In this document: one piece after another, positions 1-11,692 of the stretch
Position numbering within the stretch: the stretch's first letter is position 1
How the letters are laid out: each line of letters starts with the position of its first letter
Assembly: GCA_963777955.1 (NCBI GenBank)
Contig: CAVZSQ010000018.1
Coordinates: 117,174 to 181,173 of the forward strand
From: Calditrichia bacterium
GTDB taxonomy: Bacteria; Calditrichota; Calditrichia; JAJRVZ01
Direction of reading: 5' to 3'
DNA length: 64,000 nt
Notes under the pieces: generated by a model
Database searches by the model: none
The model's input: the letters and a program-made list of their open reading frames with translations, nothing else
What the model was told of the DNA's origin: nothing
Made by a program: the position numbers and the translations under genes

Positions 1-1
1 G

Positions 2-379
2 GGTTTGTACGACATGGTTCTGATCAAAGAGAATCATATCAGGGCTGCCGGAGGGATTTCCCGGGCCGTAACCGGGGCCAGAACATATTTGCAGCAGAAT
101 GGCCTTACGGCGGAAATTGAAGTTGAGACTACGAATATGGATGAAGTACATGAGGCCCTGAGTTGCAAGGTGGAGCGGATCATGCTGGATAATATGACGA
201 TTGCGGAGATGGCCGAAGCGGTGAAACTGATCAACCGGCAGGTTGCGGTGGAAGCTTCCGGCGGGGTGACACTGGAGAACGTGCGGGCGATTGCCGCTAC
301 CGGCGTTGATTTTATATCCGTCGGTGCCCTGACTCATTCGGCACCTGTTCTGGATCTATCACTTCTAATCGAGGAGTAG
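2..379 (+). CDS. nadC: Nicotinate-nucleotide pyrophosphorylase (carboxylating), 5'-truncated by window edge
   Basis: GLYDMVLIKENH, EIEVE, RIMLDN, EASGG, DFISVGALTHSA motifs of QAPRTase. Confidence 0.95.
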   Translation, partial: GLYDMVLIKENHIRAAGGISRAVTGARTYLQQNGLTAEIEVETTNMDEVHEALSCKVERIMLDNMTIAEMAEAVKLINRQVAVEASGGVTLENVRAIAATGVDFISVGALTHSAPVLDLSLLIEE

Positions 380-385
380 AGGATT

Positions 386-577
386 ATGCCACAACCATTA
401 TGGGAAGATATTCTGCGTTTCTCAAAACACAAATATAAATTTGCCGCGGTACTGATCATTCTTGGTATACTGGGTCTGGTAATTCCGATCATACCGGGTG
501 TGCTGCTGATTTTAGGCGCTGTGTTCCTGATTAAACCGGAATGGTATCATAAGTTCAAGAAATTTTTCAGTACCTGA
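386..577 (+). CDS. Small membrane protein (PGPGW/DUF454-like)
   Basis: 63 aa, hydrophobic hairpin [19 protein letters not shown]-like AGAGGA upstream, tightly packed in the operon. Confidence 0.6.
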   Translation: MPQPLWEDILRFSKHKYKFAAVLIILGILGLVIPIIPGVLLILGAVFLIKPEWYHKFKKFFST

Positions 578-596
578 TCTGGGAGTATAACAAGAA

Positions 597-1649
597 ATGA
601 TTAATAAGGTGATTGACCTGCGCAGTGACACGGTGACCAAACCCTCCCCGGCCATGCGTGAATTCATGCTGAAAGCAGAGGTGGGGGATGATGTCTTTGG
701 TGAAGATCCTACAGTTAATGAGTTGCAACAGCGGGTCGCTCAACTGCTGGAAAAAGAGGCAGCCCTGTTTGTAACCAGCGGGACACAGGCCAACCAGGTC
801 TCCCTGAACGCCCATACCCAACCTGGACAGGAAGTAATCTGCGATTATCATTCGCACATCTTTAATTATGAAGCAGGTGCCGCCGGCATGCTGTCCGGCG
901 TGCAATTGCATCCCCTGCCGGGACAGCACGGACATCCTACAGCGGAACAGATAGCTGAGGTAATCCGCCCGCCCGATGATCATTATCCCCAGACGCGTTT
1001 AATTTGCCTGGAGAATACCCATAACCGTGCCGGTGGCACGATTCTCCCGCTGGAAGAACTAAAACGCATATCCGGATTTGCCAAAGGTCGCCAGTTAAAA
1101 ATGCATCTGGATGGTGCACGCTTATGGAATGCTGCGGTGGCCACCGGAATAAAGCCGGCTGAATACGCCCGCTATTTCGATTCGGTTTCTGTATGTTTTT
1201 CCAAGGGTTTGGGTGCACCGGTCGGTTCTATGCTGGCCGGTTCCAAGGATTTTATTCAGCGGGCACATTATTATCGTAAAGCCTATGGCGGGGGCACACG
1301 TCAGGTTGGTATAGTGGCCGCCGCCTGTCTGTATGCCCTGGAGCATAATATAACCCGATTAGCCGATGATCATCAGCATGCCCGGATGCTGGCCGCAGCT
1401 TTAAATTCCTGTACCGGCCTTAAAGTGGATCTGCAGGTGGTACAGACCAACATAGTAATTGCCGAAGTCACCGGAAAAAACCGGACCGCGCCGGAAGTCG
1501 TGGATGTCCTGAAAGCACACGCTATACTCGCTTTGCCATTCAGTAATTCTAAAATTCGCTTTGTAACGCATCTGGATGTATCCAGGGCAGAAATAGAGCA
1601 GAGCATCGGGATAATAAAAAAACTTTTTAGTCAGGAAAAATATTTCTGA
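597..1649 (+). CDS. ltaE: Low-specificity L-threonine aldolase
   Basis: [47 protein letters not shown] (PLP lysine). Confidence 0.93.
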   Translation: MINKVIDLRSDTVTKPSPAMREFMLKAEVGDDVFGEDPTVNELQQRVAQLLEKEAALFVTSGTQANQVSLNAHTQPGQEVICDYHSHIFNYEAGAAGMLSGVQLHPLPGQHGHPTAEQIAEVIRPPDDHYPQTRLICLENTHNRAGGTILPLEELKRISGFAKGRQLKMHLDGARLWNAAVATGIKPAEYARYFDSVSVCFSKGLGAPVGSMLAGSKDFIQRAHYYRKAYGGGTRQVGIVAAACLYALEHNITRLADDHQHARMLAAALNSCTGLKVDLQVVQTNIVIAEVTGKNRTAPEVVDVLKAHAILALPFSNSKIRFVTHLDVSRAEIEQSIGIIKKLFSQEKYF

Positions 1650-1777
1650 TTCCTCTTTTCTGGGAAAAGTTAAGAATTTTTAAAATAAAGATGATGTAAT
1701 CGTTTTTTGAAAATCCAAATTTTTTTATTAAATTGGTGTTAATTTAAATATTTATAAATTAAAAACTTCCATCTTGA

Positions 1778-2578
1778 ATGTTAGATCAACAGAGTATTGA
1801 AAGTCTGCTGCAGACCTCATTTTTTGGTCGCTTTCTGTATATTTTTCCCGAGCTGGATTCGACTAATTCCTATGCCCGGAAATTGATTGATGAAGGGGCA
1901 CCGGAAGGTACTGTGGTGCTGGCCGACTATCAACGGGCCGGGAAAGGAAGATTCGGCCACTCCTGGCAATCATCACCCGGCGTGAATATATTAATGAGCG
2001 TGATTATACGTCCGCGTATTCTGGTCGAAGCAATACAGAATATTACTCTGGCCACAGCCAATATATTGATCCAATCGTTTCAGAAATTTCTTCGGCAGGA
2101 AAAAGTACAGGATATACCCTTCTCGGTGAAATGGCCTAACGATATTTTCGTCCAGGGTCGCAAACTTTGTGGAATTTTAGCCGAAAGCGGTATCAGAAAT
2201 AAATCGGTTGAATTTGTGATTGTGGGTATCGGTATCAATGTCAATCAGGACATCAGGGAACTTCCTGCTGATATCAGAAATAGTTCTACCTCTTTTTACG
2301 CTGAGACCGGCAGGACTTATTCCAGAGAGAAGTTAATTGTCCGGCTTCTGCGGGATTTTGAAAAAGAATACATTGATCTGGAACGTCGCGGCTATGATCA
2401 TGTAATCGAAGAATGGAAAAAGAATTGCAGGCAGTTCGGGCAGGAAGTGCAAATAGAAACTCCGCTGATCAAAGAGGCAGGACGGCTGGTGGATATTAAT
2501 GAGCAGGGCCTGCCTCTCTATCAGACCGCGAATGGCCAGATAAAAAAGATAGTCACGGGTAGAATCATAACGGATTAG
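1778..2578 (+). CDS. birA: Biotin-[acetyl-CoA carboxylase] ligase (no HTH domain)
   Basis: DSTNS, QRAGKGRFGHSW, KWPNDI, KLCGIL, GIGINVNQ. Confidence 0.93.
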   Translation: MLDQQSIESLLQTSFFGRFLYIFPELDSTNSYARKLIDEGAPEGTVVLADYQRAGKGRFGHSWQSSPGVNILMSVIIRPRILVEAIQNITLATANILIQSFQKFLRQEKVQDIPFSVKWPNDIFVQGRKLCGILAESGIRNKSVEFVIVGIGINVNQDIRELPADIRNSSTSFYAETGRTYSREKLIVRLLRDFEKEYIDLERRGYDHVIEEWKKNCRQFGQEVQIETPLIKEAGRLVDINEQGLPLYQTANGQIKKIVTGRIITD

Positions 2579-2585
2579 GTGAATT

Positions 2586-3362
2586 TTGGACTTAATGATC
2601 GACATCGGGAATACCGATACCGTCTTGGGGCTGTACGGTAATTCAAAATTGCTGAACAGCTGGCGTCTTTCCAGCCGGTCACATCGCACCGAAGATGAGT
2701 ACTGGGTGGCGCTGGAATCGTTCCTCGATCTGCAGAATTTCAAGGTGCAGGAAGTGCAGGGTGTAGCCATCTCCTCGGTGGTTCCGGAATTGACCATGGT
2801 TTACCGGCGCATGGTGGAAAAATACCTGCAGATTATGCCGCTGCTGATCAATGCCGATTTAGACCTGGGGATGAAAGTATTGTATCAGGATCCTAATGCA
2901 GTCGGAGCCGACCGGTTGTGCAATGCAGTCGCCGGAAAAACCCGTTATGGTGTGCCTTTGATCATTATCGATTTTGGTACCGCTACATCGTTCGATTGTG
3001 TCGATCAGTCCGGCGATTATCTGGGAGGGGTGATTTGTGCCGGAATAGAAAGCACCGCTGCTGTGTTACATCAGCGGGCCGCTAAACTCCCTAAAATAGA
3101 GTTGCGCTTCCCGGAAAAAGTAATCGGCAGCAATACCCAGCAGAGTATGCAAAGCGGTATTATGATCGGAACAGTCAAACTGATTGAGGGATTGATCATC
3201 GAGATAAAAAGGGAATTAGGCGGTAAACCCAGGGTCATTGCTACTGGTGGCCTGGCCCACATCGTATCTGAAAAAACAAAATATATCGATCAGGTAGATT
3301 ATAATCTAAACCTGGATGGTATTTATCTGATCTATCAACGTAATTCGGGAAAAGTTTCATGA
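2586..3362 (+). CDS. coaX: Type III pantothenate kinase
   Basis: IDIGNT, SSVVP, VGADR, IDFGTATSFD, ATGG motifs; usual neighbour of birA. Confidence 0.93.
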   Translation: MDLMIDIGNTDTVLGLYGNSKLLNSWRLSSRSHRTEDEYWVALESFLDLQNFKVQEVQGVAISSVVPELTMVYRRMVEKYLQIMPLLINADLDLGMKVLYQDPNAVGADRLCNAVAGKTRYGVPLIIIDFGTATSFDCVDQSGDYLGGVICAGIESTAAVLHQRAAKLPKIELRFPEKVIGSNTQQSMQSGIMIGTVKLIEGLIIEIKRELGGKPRVIATGGLAHIVSEKTKYIDQVDYNLNLDGIYLIYQRNSGKVS

Positions 3363-6300
3363 GTATAACCCAGGCCATAATTCTGATGCAGGATCTGGTC
3401 TATGCCGAAAAACTGGTCAATAATTTATATGGATTAGGGTATGACTCCCTGCTTTCCAGTAACAATGCCGAATGCCTGGATCTGACCCTGAAATTACACC
3501 CGCAGATCCTGATTTGGGGCGAAGAATTAGATATCCATTCTAAAAAAAGAATCCGGGAGATAAAAAACTCCGAGGGAGGGTCGGCAATTACCGTCATTGC
3601 CCTGTCCAATGCCGCCGGCATCGAATTATATGAAAAGATCGAAGCCCAGCATTATGGTATCGATGATATCATTTTAAAAAGTACCGATTTCGCCGAATTA
3701 AAATCACGAATCTACACGCACCGTATTTATGCCAAGGAACTGGAGCATTATAATAAAAAAACAGATCGTTACCGGCAACTATCGGATATCACCTTTAATC
3801 TGATGTTAAGTCAGGGTCTGGATAATCTGGTGGATATCGGTGCGGAATACCTGGCCCATGTGCATGCCAACCATTTCCTGATCTTTTGCGTTTACACCCC
3901 GACTCTTGACGATTTCTCGTATTTCAATATTAATCCGCTTAAACTGAAGGAGGGTATAACTCCGGAACAGATCCGCAATAATCCGGTCTGGCAGGAGTAT
4001 TTCCTGAACAAACCTGTTCTGGAGCAGGAAGAAATTACTGCTCTGTCATTGTTAACATGTTTAAGGGAGTGGGGATTCGATTTTGAAAAAGTACAACAGT
4101 TCCCGCTGCAATATAAGGGCAAGACTCTGGGAGTGTTGCTGCTTTCTTATTCCTCGGGGAAAACCATTGATCCGGATGATCAACTCATGCTGACCGCATT
4201 TACTCAGGCCCTGGCCTACCGCATCACCGAGATCAGAAGGTTCTATGGTCTGGACCGGCATTCCCAGAAAGTAGTAGCGGATTTGAGCAGTTTTTTTCAA
4301 CGGCCCAGCAATGATGAGATTATGGTGGCACTGAGCCAGCAGTTGAATTCCATGTTGCAGGCCGATATCTGCTTATATACAAATTATCATGAAGGATTCC
4401 GCTTTCTCTATCCCAAGGTACTGTATCAGGGCGAGAGTGCCATTAATCAATTGGAAAAGGAGAAACCACCGGTTCTTTTGATTAAAGACTTCCCGACTTT
4501 TGAAAATGTGCTTATGGAAAAAAGGAGGTTACTCTTCGATCTGGCCCGCCCGGACACTGCTGTCGATTTGAAGAATCTGCCGGGATTTCACGATTTTTCG
4601 GTAAAGAATATAGTTATATTTCCTATTTATGTTGCCCAGACCGTACAGGGCTTTTGCGTGCTGGGCCGGGAAAGTATTATAAAAAAGTTCACCAAACAGG
4701 AAATAGATAACGCCGAACAAATGGTCAAGCTGGCCACCGAGTCGCTGGAAGAAAACGATATCCTGCGGCAGGCCAAACTGACGGTTAAGCAACTGGAACG
4801 GATTTTTGAACTCGGCACAGAATTGACCCTGGATGTTTCCATTGATAATATCCTGAAGAAGATCTGCGCAGCAGTTCGCCGGACCCTGGGCTGGAATGTG
4901 GTGATTCTTGATATCCGGGATCCTTATAAGGGGATATACAAAACGGTCAATATTCTGGGTATGCCGGAGAAGGATTATCAGGCTTTGATCAAGTCGACTC
5001 AACAACCGCTCTTTGAAAAAAGAATCGACTCGGCGTATAAAATTGCCAACAGTTATTTTTTTGATCATACTCGCCCGGGCCAGAGCGCCGGCGAATCCGG
5101 AAACGATTCTTACAAACAGCTGGTGGGAACCGAATGGAATGATCAGGATTGGATTTATGTGCCGATCAGCAGCAGGGGTAATGTCCTGGGCATGATCTCG
5201 CTCAATGACCCGGTCGAAAGGTTGCGACCCAACGAGGACCGGCTCAGGTCCATCGAGTTTTTTGCCAACCAGGCCGCCGTGGTCATTGAAAATGCACAAT
5301 TATTTGAACAATTAAAATCCTCTGAACTGCGTTACCGTATTCTGGCCGAAACCATGACCATGGGTCTGGTGACCTGCGATCTGAAAGGCCGTATTTTATA
5401 TGTCAATAACAGTCTGACCCGGATCCTGAAATACAATGAAAAGGCTGATCTGCTGCAAAAAAAGATTTATGATTTGGCTGAATCAAATTCTGTACACAAG
5501 ATGGAAAAAGAAGTGATCAGTGCAATCAGCGCCGAAGATCTCCGATCCGATCAGAAGCAGGAGAATAGCGGGGTGGAGATCGAATTAATCGCCCGCGATC
5601 AGGAAACGATTCCTTTCATGATGTACACCTCGCCGCTCTACCAGCAGGATCAGCGGGTTGGATTTTTTGGCGTACTTTCCGACCTGCGTAATCAGAAAAA
5701 GATAGAACGGCTGCGGGCTGATTTTAATTCAATGATCGTTCACGACCTGCGCTCCCCCCTCAATATAATCCAGGGTTATGTTGATATTGTGCGTACAGAG
5801 GTTGTGGGCAAGGTCAATGAAGAACAGGCCGAACTGCTGGGTATCGCCAAAGAAAACGTTTTCAAGTTATTACGCTTGATCGAGAATTTCCTGATCGCCT
5901 CCAAGTTGGAAGCCGGGCACATGGAAATTCAACCGGAATTGAATTCGATTAATTCACTGCTGGAAACCATCTACGAACATTTTCAGGTCCTGACTAAAGA
6001 AAAAGAAATTAAATTCTTAAAAGAACTCGATGAAAATATTCCCTATTTATCATTTGATAAATTCCGCCTGGAACAGGTTATGCGCAATTATTTAAGCAAT
6101 GCTCTGAAATTCACTCCTCCCGGCGGCACTATCAGCGTAGCAAGTTATCTGAAAAAAAAGAAAAATGAACTGACTCATGAAAACGATCTTTTTGTGGATA
6201 TAACGGTGACCGACAGCGGAGTGGGCATCTCTGAAAAGGAAATTTATAAAGTTTTCAATAAATACGAGCAGACCGAGGCGGGTAAAGATGCTTCGTTAAA

Positions 6301-6433
6301 AGGGACGGGTTTGGGACTGGCAATCTGCCGAGAGATCATTGAACTGCATAAGGGTGAAGTGTGGGTAAAAAGTAAACTCAATGAGGGCAGTACCTTCGGT
6401 TTTACCCTGCCCATTCAAAAAATTACCATTTAA
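3359..6433 (+). CDS. Multi-sensor histidine kinase (degenerate REC, GAF domains, PAS, HisKA, HATPase)
   Basis: VHDLRSPL H-box, NYLSNALKFT N-box, DSGVGI, GTGLGLAIC; GAF signature FANQAAVVIENAQL; PAS DLKGRILYVN. Confidence 0.9.
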   Translation: MSITQAIILMQDLVYAEKLVNNLYGLGYDSLLSSNNAECLDLTLKLHPQILIWGEELDIHSKKRIREIKNSEGGSAITVIALSNAAGIELYEKIEAQHYGIDDIILKSTDFAELKSRIYTHRIYAKELEHYNKKTDRYRQLSDITFNLMLSQGLDNLVDIGAEYLAHVHANHFLIFCVYTPTLDDFSYFNINPLKLKEGITPEQIRNNPVWQEYFLNKPVLEQEEITALSLLTCLREWGFDFEKVQQFPLQYKGKTLGVLLLSYSSGKTIDPDDQLMLTAFTQALAYRITEIRRFYGLDRHSQKVVADLSSFFQRPSNDEIMVALSQQLNSMLQADICLYTNYHEGFRFLYPKVLYQGESAINQLEKEKPPVLLIKDFPTFENVLMEKRRLLFDLARPDTAVDLKNLPGFHDFSVKNIVIFPIYVAQTVQGFCVLGRESIIKKFTKQEIDNAEQMVKLATESLEENDILRQAKLTVKQLERIFELGTELTLDVSIDNILKKICAAVRRTLGWNVVILDIRDPYKGIYKTVNILGMPEKDYQALIKSTQQPLFEKRIDSAYKIANSYFFDHTRPGQSAGESGNDSYKQLVGTEWNDQDWIYVPISSRGNVLGMISLNDPVERLRPNEDRLRSIEFFANQAAVVIENAQLFEQLKSSELRYRILAETMTMGLVTCDLKGRILYVNNSLTRILKYNEKADLLQKKIYDLAESNSVHKMEKEVISAISAEDLRSDQKQENSGVEIELIARDQETIPFMMYTSPLYQQDQRVGFFGVLSDLRNQKKIERLRADFNSMIVHDLRSPLNIIQGYVDIVRTEVVGKVNEEQAELLGIAKENVFKLLRLIENFLIASKLEAGHMEIQPELNSINSLLETIYEHFQVLTKEKEIKFLKELDENIPYLSFDKFRLEQVMRNYLSNALKFTPPGGTISVASYLKKKKNELTHENDLFVDITVTDSGVGISEKEIYKVFNKYEQTEAGKDASLKGTGLGLAICREIIELHKGEVWVKSKLNEGSTFGFTLPIQKITI

Positions 6434-6575
6434 ACTCAATAAACAGGATTTTAAACGGGTCATCAATTTTTTCCTAAGATACAATCTAATCGTCCGGTGG
6501 AGATTAAACTCCCTCCTCTGCAGCAGGCAGTCAGGGTATTGATTGAAGTAAATCCAAAAAATTATTTCTGAAAGT

Positions 6576-9251
6576 ATGTCGAAACTTAATGCAGCTGCTA
6601 CTCCCCTGATGGAGCAGTACCGCCAGATCAAATCCCAGTACCAGGATACAATTCTGCTTTACCGCATGGGTGATTTTTATGAGACCTTTTATGAAGACGC
6701 CCAGCTGATCTCTAAAATACTGGGCATTGCCCTGACCAAACGGGCCCATGGTAAGAGCGCCCTGGTGCCACTGGCTGGGTTCCCTTACCATGCTCTGGAA
6801 AATTATATGTATAAACTGGTCAAAGCAGGGCATCGGGTCGCCATCTGTGAGCAGGTTGAGGATCCCAAACTGGCCAAAGGGGTGGTCAAGCGCAATGTTA
6901 TCGAAATTGTAACCCCGGGCACAACCCTGTCCGAAAAATTGCTCGATCATAAATCCAATAACTATTTAACAGCGATTTTTATCGGGGCAGAGAAAGCAGC
7001 CTTAGCCTGCAGCGATGTTTCAACCGGTGAATTTTATATCAGTGAAGTTGAAATAGCCAATCTGCTGGATTATCTCATTCCCTTCGCACCCAGAGAAATT
7101 CTGGTCAGCAAGATCCAGAAAGAAAAAATTGCCGGCTTGCTTGACCGCCGGATATCCGCGGTATTGACCCCGCGGGACGATTGGGTCTTTGAGTACAATT
7201 ATGCCGCTGAGCAGATCAGAAAAAAGTATGGGACCCATTCGTTAAAAGGATTCGGTCTGGATCAGTTAACAGAGGGGGTAATTGCCGCCGGTGTAATTCT
7301 GAATTATCTGCAGGAAAATAATAAATCCGGCCTGGATCATATCAGGCGTCCACGCATCCTGAATCTTACCGATTTCATGATATTAGACGAAGCGACCCGC
7401 CGGAATCTGGAAATTTATAACCCGATCCGTGAAGATATCGGCGGTAATACATTACTGGCCGTGCTGGATAAAACCAGAACTGCCATGGGGGGACGTCTGC
7501 TCAAAAGATGGTTTACCCAGCCTCTGCGCCAGGTAGATAAAATTAATTCCCGCCTGCAGTTGGTCGCGGCAACGATTGAGCACAAAACGGTTCTGCCGGC
7601 CATCCAGAAATATCTGTCGGATCTGGCTGATCTGGAAAGACTGATCAGCAAGATTTCCATCGGACGATGCAATGCCCGCGATTTAATACATCTGAAAAAT
7701 TCTCTGCAAATTATTCCTCAGATCGTAACCCAAATCCGGGATTCTGCTGCCGCAGCGCTGCAAACTCATTTCGCCAGTTTACAGGAAATGCCGCAAATTA
7801 TTGACCTGATTTCACGAGCCATCGTGGATGATCCTCCGGTCACAATCACCGACGGTGATATGATCAGGGCAGGATACAGTCCTGAACTTGATGAGTTACA
7901 TTCGATCACCCACTCCGGCAAGAACTGGCTGCTAAAACTGCAGGAGGAGGAAAGAAAACGAACCGGAATCAATAATTTAAAGATCAACTATAATAAAGTT
8001 TTCGGCTATTATATAGAAATTACCCAATCGAACCTGTCAAAGATTCCAGCCGATTATATCCGCAAGCAAACACTGGTCAATGCCGAGAGATTCATCACTC
8101 CCGCGCTGAAAGAAAAAGAAGAAAAAATACTGGGGGCCGAAGAGAAAATCAAACAACTTGAGTACGATCTGTTTCAACAGGTCAGGGTAGAACTGACCAA
8201 ACAAACTGTGCAGATACAGGAGAACAGTATCCTGCTTGCTTTTCTGGATTGTATCTGCAGCCTGGCGCAGGCCGCCCTAGAAAACCGCTACGTCCGGCCG
8301 GAAATAAATGATGACCAGATATTGCAGATCAAGAATGGCAGGCATCCGGTGGTGGAAAAATTCCTGCGGCCGGGTGAAGAATTTGTGCCGAATTATGTCT
8401 ATTTGAATCCTGAAGATGAACAAATCTGGATCATCACCGGCCCCAATATGGCCGGAAAATCTACATTTTTAAGGCAGGTAGGACTGATCGTATTTATGGC
8501 TCAACTGGGCAGTTATGTCCCGGCAGATGAAGCCAAAATAGGTGTGGTGGACAGGATTTTCACCCGGGTCGGTGCTTCTGATAACCTGGCCAGCGGGGAA
8601 AGTACATTTTTGGTGGAGATGAATGAAACGGCCAATATATTGAGCAATGCCTCTCCCCGCAGCCTGATTCTGCTCGATGAGATCGGCAGGGGTACCAGTA
8701 CTTTCGATGGTCTGTCCATCGCCTGGGCTGTGGCAGAATATCTGCATAACGAAAAGACTCTGCGTGCCAAAACATTATTCGCCACTCATTATCACGAGTT
8801 GACCGAGCTGGCCCGGCTGTATCCGCGGATAAAGAATTATAATATTGCGGTTGAAGAATGGGGTAATCAGATTCTGTTTCTGCGCAAAATAGTGCCTGGG
8901 GGTACCGATAATTCCTACGGAATACACGTAGCGCAAATGGCTGGCCTGCCAGTTACTGTGATAGAGCGTTCTCGGGAGATTCTGGCCAATCTGGAAGCTA
9001 ATGAGTTGACCGTTAACAGTTTACCCAAACTGGCCACTCATCAACCCGGCCGGGATATTGATCATCAGCAGTTATCTCTTTTTCAGGTTCAACATACGTC
9101 TATTGTTGAAGCTGCGATAAAAGAATTGGATATCGACAACCTGACTCCGGTCCAGGCCCTGATAAAATTGAGTGAATTGAGAGATATGGCCAGGGATGAA
9201 AAAAAATCTGCTCTGGCCAGAAAAGGGGATAAGAATATAGGAGATAAGTAA
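6576..9251 (+). CDS. mutS: DNA mismatch repair protein MutS
   Basis: TPLMEQY, YRMGDFYE, ITGPNMAGKST, DEIGRGTSTFDG, FATHYHEL. Confidence 0.98.
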   Translation: MSKLNAAATPLMEQYRQIKSQYQDTILLYRMGDFYETFYEDAQLISKILGIALTKRAHGKSALVPLAGFPYHALENYMYKLVKAGHRVAICEQVEDPKLAKGVVKRNVIEIVTPGTTLSEKLLDHKSNNYLTAIFIGAEKAALACSDVSTGEFYISEVEIANLLDYLIPFAPREILVSKIQKEKIAGLLDRRISAVLTPRDDWVFEYNYAAEQIRKKYGTHSLKGFGLDQLTEGVIAAGVILNYLQENNKSGLDHIRRPRILNLTDFMILDEATRRNLEIYNPIREDIGGNTLLAVLDKTRTAMGGRLLKRWFTQPLRQVDKINSRLQLVAATIEHKTVLPAIQKYLSDLADLERLISKISIGRCNARDLIHLKNSLQIIPQIVTQIRDSAAAALQTHFASLQEMPQIIDLISRAIVDDPPVTITDGDMIRAGYSPELDELHSITHSGKNWLLKLQEEERKRTGINNLKINYNKVFGYYIEITQSNLSKIPADYIRKQTLVNAERFITPALKEKEEKILGAEEKIKQLEYDLFQQVRVELTKQTVQIQENSILLAFLDCICSLAQAALENRYVRPEINDDQILQIKNGRHPVVEKFLRPGEEFVPNYVYLNPEDEQIWIITGPNMAGKSTFLRQVGLIVFMAQLGSYVPADEAKIGVVDRIFTRVGASDNLASGESTFLVEMNETANILSNASPRSLILLDEIGRGTSTFDGLSIAWAVAEYLHNEKTLRAKTLFATHYHELTELARLYPRIKNYNIAVEEWGNQILFLRKIVPGGTDNSYGIHVAQMAGLPVTVIERSREILANLEANELTVNSLPKLATHQPGRDIDHQQLSLFQVQHTSIVEAAIKELDIDNLTPVQALIKLSELRDMARDEKKSALARKGDKNIGDK

Positions 9252-9457
9252 TTATTTTATAGCTAGCTATATCGTGATAAAAATCTTTATAAAAAAGGTA
9301 AAGTTTATCCGGTCCTTTGCCGAAAATTTCTGTAAGTTCAATATTTATAGAATATAATGCCGATTTTTTTCTTGCTTTGATTTTTTTTATGCATTAGATT
9401 AAAATAAAATAAGAATTTATGCCTGATTTGGTGAGGGTTATATAAAGGAGATCTTTC

Positions 9458-9775
9458 ATGCAGACTGTTACAAAGAAAGACGTCGCCAAACGAACAGCAA
9501 AGATGCTCGATGAAAAAATATATACGACCGAAAAATTTGTAGATGCGATCTTTACCGTTTTACGCGAAATATTAGCTGAAGCAAATCCTGAAGTGCGGAT
9601 TGAAATTCGGGACTTTGGTGTCTTCGAAGTTAAAAAAACCAAACCAAAACCGAAGGCCAGAAACCCGCGCTCGGGAGATATTATTTATGTACCGGCCCGG
9701 AGAAAAACACATTTCAAAGCGGGCAAACTGCTGAAAGATGTTCTGAAAGTACCAATTCCTACCGACCCCATTTAG
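9458..9775 (+). CDS. HU/IHF family DNA-binding protein
   Basis: IEIRDFGVFEV, ARNPRSG, VPARR..FKAGK. Confidence 0.9.
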   Translation: MQTVTKKDVAKRTAKMLDEKIYTTEKFVDAIFTVLREILAEANPEVRIEIRDFGVFEVKKTKPKPKARNPRSGDIIYVPARRKTHFKAGKLLKDVLKVPIPTDPI

Positions 9776-9966
9776 ATTTTTTTCCATTCTTTGATCCTGC
9801 ATTTATCTGTTTATTTACCTGAAGTACACTTCCCGATACCGACGGTGTCATAACATATCCATTAAATGAAAAGTTTGGTTTACTTTCTTTTAATAAATAT
9901 CTAAATTCTGATGCACAGGTTAAACATTGTTTTATAGAAGTTTATATTTGTAAAAAGGAAGATTGG

Positions 9967-10984
9967 ATGGATAAGGTCAGAGTGGCCCTGGTGGGGACAG
10001 GGGGTATTTCACAGGTAGTGCGTATTCCCATTCTTAAAAAGATGGAAGATGTGGAACTGGTTGCTTTGTGCGATATCGACAGATCAAAAGCCAGTTTTAT
10101 TGCCAACAAGTTTGGTATAGAAAATGTCTATGATGATATTGAATATCTGTTACGGCATGAAAAACTGGACGGTATTTTTATCTGTACCCCCAACAATCTT
10201 CATTATCCCATGGCCTTCAGCTGCTATTCAGCAGAAGATTCCGACCTTAATTGAGAAACCGGTGGCGCTCAATGCCCAGCAAGCCAAAAAAATTGCCCGG
10301 AAAGCCGCCGATGCCAATGTAACGGTGGCAGTGGCCATGAATAATCGTTTTCGCCGGGATGCGGTAATCTTAAAAAATTTTTTGGAACAGGATGAACTAG
10401 GCCGGCCGTTTTATATCAAAACCGGCTGGCTTAAAAAATGGAACCGTCAACCCTATCAGGGCTGGCTTTATGATATCAGGATATCAGGCGGCGGAGTGAT
10501 CATGGACCTTGGTATTCAATTGATCGATCTGGTTTTATGGCTGCTGGGTAAACCGCAGATCAAATCGATACTTTCCTATTTTAATACCATGTCCTCGGCG
10601 CAGCAGAGCGAAGAGTCCGCACTGGTTATAATCGAAACTGTGCAGCAGGTTGTCATCACGGTGGAAGTTGCCTGGCAATTGCATATGGAAAAAGACATTA
10701 TCTACACCAATGTCTTCGGGCAGAAGGGCAGCGCCCTGTTGAATCCGCTGCGCTTGTACAAAGATCTGCACGGTAATCTGGTCAATGTCACTCCGGTCAA
10801 AGATGAATACGAAGTCGATTTGTACAAAAGCGCTTTTGAGCATGAAATCCGTAATTTTATCGATGTGATCAAGGGGGCAGCAAAACCGGTGACGCCGATT
10901 GAGGACGGAGTTTATGTAATGGAAGTGATCGATATGCTGTATCAGTCGGCCAGGCAGGGTAAACAGGTTGAATTGACCAGCTGA
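9967..10984 (+). CDS. Gfo/Idh/MocA family oxidoreductase (one frameshift near 10220)
   Basis: VALVGTGGIS, ICTPNNLH in ORF 9967; LIEKP, GGGVIMDLGIQ in the next frame. Confidence 0.85.
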
Positions 10985-11029
10985 TCTTTCGCGTACTTCT
11001 TAGCAGAGATTTCAAATCCTATTTTTGAA

Positions 11030-11683
11030 ATGAAATACCGGGCAAACATGAGATATCTGGGTTGGTGGATATTAATCGTTATAATAGCGGGTTGCACAGC
11101 ACTGCCGGCAGAACAGCTGCGGTTACAGAAAAATATTGAACTGATTGACAGTTTACTCACTGTACTGCTGCTGGATGTTGAACAGGAAATTCAGGTCTTA
11201 CCGGACGATACAATCAACATAATGCTGGCTGATACTATGAATAATTATCAGAATTATCTGCCGGTCAAAATCGGAAACTTTTTTAAGGATAAACATTTTA
11301 CGGTTTTTCGAAACTATGATCCGTCATTTTCGTTTGATGGTTTAAACCTGATCGTAAATAATTTTGGCTGTAGTATCGAATATTCAAAGCCGTATGCTAA
11401 AAAATTTTTAGGCAGGAATTACGTCAAGCGGGATGTTATTATATACCTGCAGGGGCAGGTACTGAAAGGTAAGTTGAATGAAATAACCGCCACTCTGGAT
11501 AAGTCCGCAGAATTTCATGATGAAATACCGCAAGCACGGCTGGCGGAACTGGAATTATCCGGGTATTATTTTACCCTGGGCCAGCGCCGCAGTTATTCAA
11601 ACTGGTCAGCGTTCATAGAACCGGTTATTACCGTTACGGTAGTCTCGCTGATCATATATTTGTTTTATATGCAACGAAGTTAA
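11030..11683 (+). CDS. Hypothetical lipoprotein with C-terminal membrane helix
   Basis: Lipobox IIAGC; C-terminal FIEPVITVTVVSLIIYLFY; precedes bamD. Confidence 0.65.
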   Translation: MKYRANMRYLGWWILIVIIAGCTALPAEQLRLQKNIELIDSLLTVLLLDVEQEIQVLPDDTINIMLADTMNNYQNYLPVKIGNFFKDKHFTVFRNYDPSFSFDGLNLIVNNFGCSIEYSKPYAKKFLGRNYVKRDVIIYLQGQVLKGKLNEITATLDKSAEFHDEIPQARLAELELSGYYFTLGQRRSYSNWSAFIEPVITVTVVSLIIYLFYMQRS

Positions 11684-11692
11684 ATTTAAAGC

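Noticed and set aside
4529-5299. Long antisense ORFs (here and at 45986-46732, 49421-50158, 55747-56334)
   Set aside because: They are shadows of well-supported genes on the opposite strand and have no recognisable motifs
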